A DNA stretch of 64,000 nucleotides. Source: an uncultured Gemmatimonadaceae bacterium (GTDB lineage Bacteria > Gemmatimonadota > Gemmatimonadetes > Gemmatimonadales > Gemmatimonadaceae). The translations under genes were made by a program, and so were the position numbers. The stretch lies in the NCBI GenBank assembly GCA_964411635.1, contig CAYPLP010000001.1, positions 437,805 to 501,804 of the forward strand. The letters are read 5' to 3'. Shown piece by piece: positions 59,197 through 64,000 of this stretch (the stretch's first letter is position 1; every line of letters starts with the position of its first letter). The notes below the pieces were generated by a model. The model worked only from the letters and a program-made list of their open reading frames with translations, was not told the origin of the DNA and ran no database searches.

Positions 59197-59811
59197 TCAG
59201 CGTTCGGCTTTTTTGGTGAGTTCCTCGATCTGGCGGGCGGCATCATCAATGGCCTTCCGGATTGCTTCCATCACCTGACTGTCCTTGGAGTGCCATGGTG
59301 CTGTCGTATAGGTGACTCTAGCAAGGCGGCCGAAAGCCTTGTTTACTTCCACCATCGCGTCGCTGAAGACCGAGGCCCCCAGTTCCGAAATGCGCTCGAA
59401 GATATCGTCCACTGCATCCCGGTTCTCTTCCAGGTACCGGGAGCCATCCGGCGTAATGCTGTAGACCTTCTTGCCGCCCTCGGCCTGTGTCACGCTGGCG
59501 AATCCCATGTCTTCCAGGAGTGCCAGGGTTGGGTATACGGTGCCCGCGGAGGGGGCGTAGGTCCCTCCAAAGCGATCCTCCAGCTCCTTGATGATCTCGT
59601 AGCCGTGCCGGGGCTTTTCCGCGAGAAGCTGGAGCACCACGTACTTCAGGTCACCCTGCTCGAAGACCCGCCCCCGACGAAAGGGACCACCCCGGGATCG
59701 TCCCCGGCCATGCGACCAGGGGCCGGCTGGGAAATCAAACCCCCACCCGAAACTGCCCCTCCCGGCGCCATGCTGCTCCCAGCGTCCACCTCTACCGCAA
59801 TTCTGACGCAT
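59197..59811 (-). CDS. PadR-family transcriptional regulator with Arg/Gly-rich N-terminal extension
   Basis: The PadR wHTH is present (KYVVLQLLAEKPRHGYEIIKELEDRFGGTYAPSAGTVYPTLALLEDMG). A Shine-Dalgarno GGAGG lies 8 nt upstream of the ATG. Confidence 0.85.
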   Translation of the reverse strand: MRQNCGRGGRWEQHGAGRGSFGWGFDFPAGPWSHGRGRSRGGPFRRGRVFEQGDLKYVVLQLLAEKPRHGYEIIKELEDRFGGTYAPSAGTVYPTLALLEDMGFASVTQAEGGKKVYSITPDGSRYLEENRDAVDDIFERISELGASVFSDAMVEVNKAFGRLARVTYTTAPWHSKDSQVMEAIRKAIDDAARQIEELTKKAER

Positions 59812-59818
59812 ACGATAC

Positions 59819-59856
59819 CTCCAAGATATATCGTCATCTAAGATATATCGTCATCT
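59819..59856. promoter_or_regulatory. Tandem 17-bp direct repeat (AAGATATATCGTCATCT x2), each with the 8-bp palindrome GATATATC: putative PadR operator / promoter
   Basis: The exact tandem repeat lies immediately upstream of the padR ribosome-binding site. It is strongly AT-rich in a 68% GC genome. Confidence 0.6.
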
Positions 59857-60006
59857 GTTGCGGACGTCAAGGCAGCCCTCCCAGGGCCAGGACCGGCCTA
59901 CCCGAGCCTGGTGTGAGGGGTGGAGCAGGATTCAGGGCAGGGAAAGGCGGATACGACAGAGGGCCGGCACGGGGGGAATCGTACCGGCCCTCTGCCCAGG
60001 GTTACG

Positions 60007-61230
60007 CTACTCGTAGCGTAGCGCCACCACCGGGTCCAGGCTCGCGGCTCGTCGTGCCGGCCAGACTCCAAAGATCAGTCCCACGGCCGCAGAGAACCCA
60101 AATGCCAGGCCTATCGATTCCGGCGCGACCTTGGTGGTCCAGTCGAAGGTGCGGTTCAAAAATTCTGCGCTGCCCGCACCGGCGGCGACACCGACGGCGC
60201 CTCCGAGGAGGCACAGTACGATCGCCTCGATGAGGAACTGGAAGAGGACATTGCTGCGCGTTGCTCCCAGGGCCTTGCGGACGCCGATCTCGCGGGTACG
60301 CTCGGTCACGGATACGAGCATGATGTTCATGATGCCGATTCCACCCACGATCAGACTGACGGCGGCGATGCCGGCCAGCAGCATGGTGAAGACCTGAGTG
60401 GTTTCCGCCAGGTTCGTCAGGAAGTCGGACTGGTTGCGGATCTGGAAATTGTCCGGGCGATTGGGGCGGAGCTTGTGTTCCCGGCGCAGGATACGCTGGA
60501 TGTCCGCCATCGTCAGGGGTATGGCGTCCTCGTTGGGTGCGAGTACCCCGATTTCATTGAGCCGGTTGTTCCCGAAGATGCGGTATCGGGCCGTCTGAAT
60601 GGGTATGAGCACCTGTTCATCGGGATTGCCGAATCCGGTTCCCGATCCCTTGGATGCCAGAATCCCCTTCACGATGAACTGAATCCCCCTGATCCGGATG
60701 GGCTCACCGAGTATGGCCTCGGGGTTCTCCACGCCCAGTTGCGTCAGCACCGCGGGGCCCAGCACCGCCACGCGCTGCTTGGTGGCGTCTTCGGACGGGG
60801 TGAACATTTCCCCGATGTCCATCTTGTAGTTTCTGACCTGGAGGTAGTTGGCGGACGTGCCCAGGATGCGAACGTTGGTATTCTGGTTCTTGAACTGCAC
60901 CTGGTAGTTGCGGGACATCTGTGGCTGCACTTCCGCGATGTACTTGCCGCGCTGCTCCAGTGCTTCGGCATCCTCCAGCGTCAGGGGTGCCCGGTCCGCC
61001 TCGGAGGCGAATCCGCCGCCCATGCGCTGCTGTCCGGGTTGCACGGTAAGTAGCGTGGTCCCCAAGGACTTGATCCGTTCATTCACCTGCTCCTGGGCAC
61101 CGTTGCCGAGGGCGATCATGGCGATGACCGCGCCCACCCCGATCACGATACCCAGCATGGTGAGGAGCGAACGAAGCTTGTTGGCTCTCAGGGCTCCGAG
61201 GGCAACCTTGATGATTTCAGTGAATAGCAT
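60007..61230 (-). CDS. ABC-transporter permease, MacB/FtsX-like (permease only, no fused ATPase)
   Basis: An N-terminal TM helix, a large periplasmic domain and a C-terminal FtsX-type 3-TM bundle are present. Confidence 0.85.
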   Translation of the reverse strand: MLFTEIIKVALGALRANKLRSLLTMLGIVIGVGAVIAMIALGNGAQEQVNERIKSLGTTLLTVQPGQQRMGGGFASEADRAPLTLEDAEALEQRGKYIAEVQPQMSRNYQVQFKNQNTNVRILGTSANYLQVRNYKMDIGEMFTPSEDATKQRVAVLGPAVLTQLGVENPEAILGEPIRIRGIQFIVKGILASKGSGTGFGNPDEQVLIPIQTARYRIFGNNRLNEIGVLAPNEDAIPLTMADIQRILRREHKLRPNRPDNFQIRNQSDFLTNLAETTQVFTMLLAGIAAVSLIVGGIGIMNIMLVSVTERTREIGVRKALGATRSNVLFQFLIEAIVLCLLGGAVGVAAGAGSAEFLNRTFDWTTKVAPESIGLAFGFSAAVGLIFGVWPARRAASLDPVVALRYE

Positions 61231-61238
61231 GGCTGTTC

Positions 61239-63074
61239 CTACCCTCGTCCGCGGCCACCGGTGGCCGGAGCACCAGGCATGCCGCCGCCGGATCTGCTGC
61301 GCATGCGCTCCATGGCCGAGTCACGACGCGCCTGCATCGAGAGTGCGGTCATGAGGATCACTTCCTCACCTTCTTCGAGGCCGCTCACCACCTCGGTGTA
61401 GTCCAGATCGCTCATGCCGGTGCGGATCACCCGGGGTGCGTAAGTGGTGCCGGACATGACATACACCAGGGCGGGCCGGGCGGCAGCGCGCCGCGCCTGA
61501 TTGACGGGAACCGCCATGCCCTGGGCCATGGCGGCCAGATTGCCACCGGTGCGCCGGTTGCCGCCGCGTCCCATGCGTCCGTTACCGGCTGGGGAGTTGC
61601 CCGTGGCGGCGGGGCCGCTCGTGGCTGTCCCGGTGCCTTGTCCGCCGGCACGATCGCCGTTCTGCTGCTGCCGATTCCGGAACTGGCAGGCCCGCGCCTT
61701 GCCGGCGTCGATGCCCAGCGCCTTGTAGATGGAATCGGAGATCTCCCGCATCCTGGCCTGGTCGATCTCTCCACCCTGCATCCGTCCGCGCAGGCCCTGC
61801 AAGGTGGTCTGGGCGGTGGGGTGCTTCGCAAAAGCGCTGGTCACTGCCTGACAGTCAGCATCCGTGACTGATGGCATCTGCATTCCCTGCCGTCCTCCGC
61901 CCTGGCTGGCACCCTGACCCGGGACGAGGCTGGCGGCCAGTTCGCCGCGCGATTCCACGGTGCCGGAGCGTCCGCTTCGCCCACCGTTCATTCCCAGGCC
62001 ACTGCCATTGCCGCCATTACTGGTTTCCATCTGGGCCTGTACCGATGCGACCACCGAGTCGGGATTCAGGCCCAGCAGTGTGGCCGTCGCGGCTGCCTCC
62101 CTGGTGGTTCGCACGGCATCGTTAGGTACGGCGAGGACGTTCTCGCGACGGTCGACCAGGACGGTCACCTCGCCATTCATGCCTGGCTTGAGCAGCCCCT
62201 CGCGGTTGTCGAGGGTGACCAGGACGGGGAACATCGTCACCGACGATTGTACGACGGCCGAGGGTTCGATCTTTTCCACGATGCCCTGGAACGGACGATC
62301 GGGATAGGCATCGACCGTGACGGCCGCAGGCTGTCCCGCGACTACGGCGCCGATATCGGTTTCATTGAACAGGGCGCGCACCCGGACTTTGGTGAGATCC
62401 GCCATTTTCAGCAGCACCGTTCCACCGCTGGCGCTGTTGGTGGCGGAGGCGATCACCTGTCCCAGGGAGACGGGCTTCTCGATGATGGTGCCGGCGACGG
62501 GGGCGACAACGCGTGCCTCTTCGACGCGCTGCTTGGCCAGGTCCACGGCGGAGCGGGAACGGATCTCCGAGGCGACCGAGTTGGCATAGTCGAGCTGGGC
62601 GGTTTCGTATTCCTGCGCGGTGATGACCTTGTCAGCATACATCTTGTCGTTGCGTTCCTTCTGCGCTTTCGATACCGCCAGCTTGGCCTGCGCGGCCTGC
62701 AGGTCAGCCTGGGCCTGCTGCAACTGCTGATTGACGTCACGCGGATCCAGCTGGATGAGGAGATCTCCCGGATTCACGTGGGAACCGGTTTCCACCGGCA
62801 TCTCGATTATCTGGCCGGAAGACTTGGACTTCACCTCGATCACGTTGATCGGTTCGACCTGACCGGACGCGGTTACTTCGGACACGATGGTCCGCCTGGC
62901 GACCGTGGCGGTCTCGATAGGCAGGACCTGCTTCTTCTCCCGGCGACAACCTGCCAGGGCAAGCAGGAACACGGAGGCCAGCACCAGCGGGCGATGATCG
63001 ATCAGCACTGCCGCGTTGGCGTGCAAACGGGTGTTCATGGAAGGCTTCACTTGTATGAAGGTCAGGGGGATCAC
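61239..63074 (-). CDS. Efflux periplasmic adaptor (MacA/HlyD-family MFP) with ~200-aa Gly/Gln/Arg-rich insertion and RG-rich C-terminal tail
   Basis: A signal anchor, a coiled-coil hairpin (QQLQQAQADLQAAQAKL), lipoyl and beta-barrel domains are present. A low-complexity insert comes before the final membrane-proximal domain (PALVYVMSGTTYAPRVIRTG...EVVSGLEEGEEVIL). Confidence 0.8.
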   Translation of the reverse strand: MIPLTFIQVKPSMNTRLHANAAVLIDHRPLVLASVFLLALAGCRREKKQVLPIETATVARRTIVSEVTASGQVEPINVIEVKSKSSGQIIEMPVETGSHVNPGDLLIQLDPRDVNQQLQQAQADLQAAQAKLAVSKAQKERNDKMYADKVITAQEYETAQLDYANSVASEIRSRSAVDLAKQRVEEARVVAPVAGTIIEKPVSLGQVIASATNSASGGTVLLKMADLTKVRVRALFNETDIGAVVAGQPAAVTVDAYPDRPFQGIVEKIEPSAVVQSSVTMFPVLVTLDNREGLLKPGMNGEVTVLVDRRENVLAVPNDAVRTTREAAATATLLGLNPDSVVASVQAQMETSNGGNGSGLGMNGGRSGRSGTVESRGELAASLVPGQGASQGGGRQGMQMPSVTDADCQAVTSAFAKHPTAQTTLQGLRGRMQGGEIDQARMREISDSIYKALGIDAGKARACQFRNRQQQNGDRAGGQGTGTATSGPAATGNSPAGNGRMGRGGNRRTGGNLAAMAQGMAVPVNQARRAAARPALVYVMSGTTYAPRVIRTGMSDLDYTEVVSGLEEGEEVILMTALSMQARRDSAMERMRSRSGGGMPGAPATGGRGRG

Positions 63075-64000
63075 GGAATCCTGCGTCCCAGCAGTTGCTC
63101 CAGCTGTGCCTTGGCGATACGCACCTGGTATCGCGCATTCACCAGGTTGTAACGGGCGCTGTTCAGCGCTGCCTGGGTGGTCAGCAGCTCCAGCTGCGTG
63201 GAGGCGCCCAGGTCGTACCGCTGCTGCTGAACCCGCAGATCCTCCTGCGCTGCCGCCAGTGATGCCTGCTGGATGGCGATTCTGGCCTGCGCGAGGCGCA
63301 ATGCACCCACGTACTGAATGAGCTGTTGATGCGCCAGCATGCGGGCATCGCGCAGCGATGCCTGGGCATTGGTTTCGGTGATTCGCGCGCGTTGTACTGT
63401 CTCTTCCCGACCCAGTCCGTTGAAGATGGGAATGCTCAGGGACAGCGAGAATGACTTGTTCTGCGGAGTGCGTCCCTTCCAGAAGCGGAAACTCGAATCG
63501 GATGCGTTGTTGGTGAGGCCAAAACTCGTCGACAGCGTCGGAAAGTAGTCCGTCCTGCTGGACCGGACTGAAGCGCGAGCCACCGCCAGGGCTGCCTCCG
63601 CGGTTCGGACCGCGGGCGCGGTATCCACATACCGGGCCAGCTCGGCACTGTCGATCTGCACGGGTGGCAGTGCCGTGTCGACTTCCGCGGCAGTGACGGG
63701 GAAGGGAGTACCAACCAGCCGGGTCAGCGTGGCATTGGCGTTCTGCAGATCGTTCTCGGCGCTGAGAATTGCCACCTGCTGATTTCCAACGGCAATGACC
63801 GCCCGCAGTGAGTCCGAACGGGTGGCTGCGCCGCTGGACATACGGGTGATCGCAGCGCGCAGGTTCTGCTCGGCCTCATCCAGAGCCGCCTGGGCCGCGG
63901 CACGGCTCTCCCTGGCAGCCAGGGCGGCGTAGAACTGCTGGGAAACCTGGTAGGCGACCGAATATTCGGCAGCCACCGCATTTGCCTCGGCCGACTCCAC
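63071..64000 (-). CDS. TolC-like outer-membrane efflux protein (N-terminal part outside window)
   Basis: OEP-family coiled-coil repeats are present (AKAQLEQLLGR...; QQRYDLGASTQLELLTTQ). The stop overlaps the MFP start (ATGA). The ORF continues past the window edge. Confidence 0.8.
   Translation of the reverse strand: MESAEANAVAAEYSVAYQVSQQFYAALAARESRAAAQAALDEAEQNLRAAITRMSSGAATRSDSLRAVIAVGNQQVAILSAENDLQNANATLTRLVGTPFPVTAAEVDTALPPVQIDSAELARYVDTAPAVRTAEAALAVARASVRSSRTDYFPTLSTSFGLTNNASDSSFRFWKGRTPQNKSFSLSLSIPIFNGLGREETVQRARITETNAQASLRDARMLAHQQLIQYVGALRLAQARIAIQQASLAAAQEDLRVQQQRYDLGASTQLELLTTQAALNSARYNLVNARYQVRIAKAQLEQLLGRRIP

Noticed and set aside
1-64000. Search for tRNA/rRNA genes, CRISPR arrays, transposases or integrases, and toxin-antitoxin pairs
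   Set aside because: I found no tRNA-like T-arm motifs (GGTTCGAATCC or variants), no rDNA-like stretches, no spaced direct repeats, and no DDE or tyrosine-recombinase ORFs on either strand. The window appears to be core chromosome.

Overview
This is a high-GC (~68%) window that reads as ordinary chromosomal core genome. The protein repertoire and frequent lack of Shine-Dalgarno motifs would fit a Gemmatimonadota-like bacterium, but that is a guess. I could not pick out a clearly novel multi-gene system. The most interesting loci are local oddities listed under findings.

Genes are tightly packed on both strands. Recognisable content, in order:
- an EF-G paralogue (5' partial)
- a 14-repeat beta-propeller lipoprotein
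- thyX
- a TonB-domain protein
- a patatin-like phospholipase
- a translationally coupled GHMP kinase / M20 peptidase / 72-aa ORF / RNase HI operon
- a phasin-like protein with a histone-H1-like tail
- a family III CoA-transferase
- an ECF sigma/anti-sigma pair
- a serC-like / serA operon
- lpdA plus a 2-oxoacid dehydrogenase E2 component, with a hypothetical gene between them
- an MDR dehydrogenase / thioesterase / zinc-ribbon trio
- an omega-aminotransferase plus mmsA (beta-alanine or 3-aminoisobutyrate catabolism)
- gyrA
- a flotillin / NfeD pair
- a threonine dehydratase
- a receiver-GAF-GGDEF regulator
- a PBP4 homologue
- a caa3-type cytochrome c oxidase operon (ctaCDEF)
- a cNMP-binding-domain::aspartase fusion
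- a DUF5916-like giant protein
- a Tat-secreted asparaginase-2-family Ntn-hydrolase
- an MCP
- leuS
- a ferritin-like::VIT1 fusion
- a two-PDZ protein
- kup, preceded by a PadR regulator
- a TolC / MFP / MacB-type permease efflux operon (3' partial)

I found no tRNA, rRNA, CRISPR array, transposase or integrase, and no strongly atypical island. Many long ORFs in the supplied track are antisense artefacts of the high GC content and were discarded.

The findings worth a second look are:
- the cNMP-binding::aspartase fusion
- the PadR operator repeats, and the purine-repeat leader plus terminator placed just before kup
- an adaptor protein with a ~200-aa Gly/Gln/Arg-rich insertion, in an efflux operon that lacks an ATPase gene
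- the RNase HI operon with its coupled 72-aa ORF
- the propeller lipoprotein
- two conserved-looking hypothetical gene pairs
- a ~470-bp gene-free stretch upstream of the threonine dehydratase
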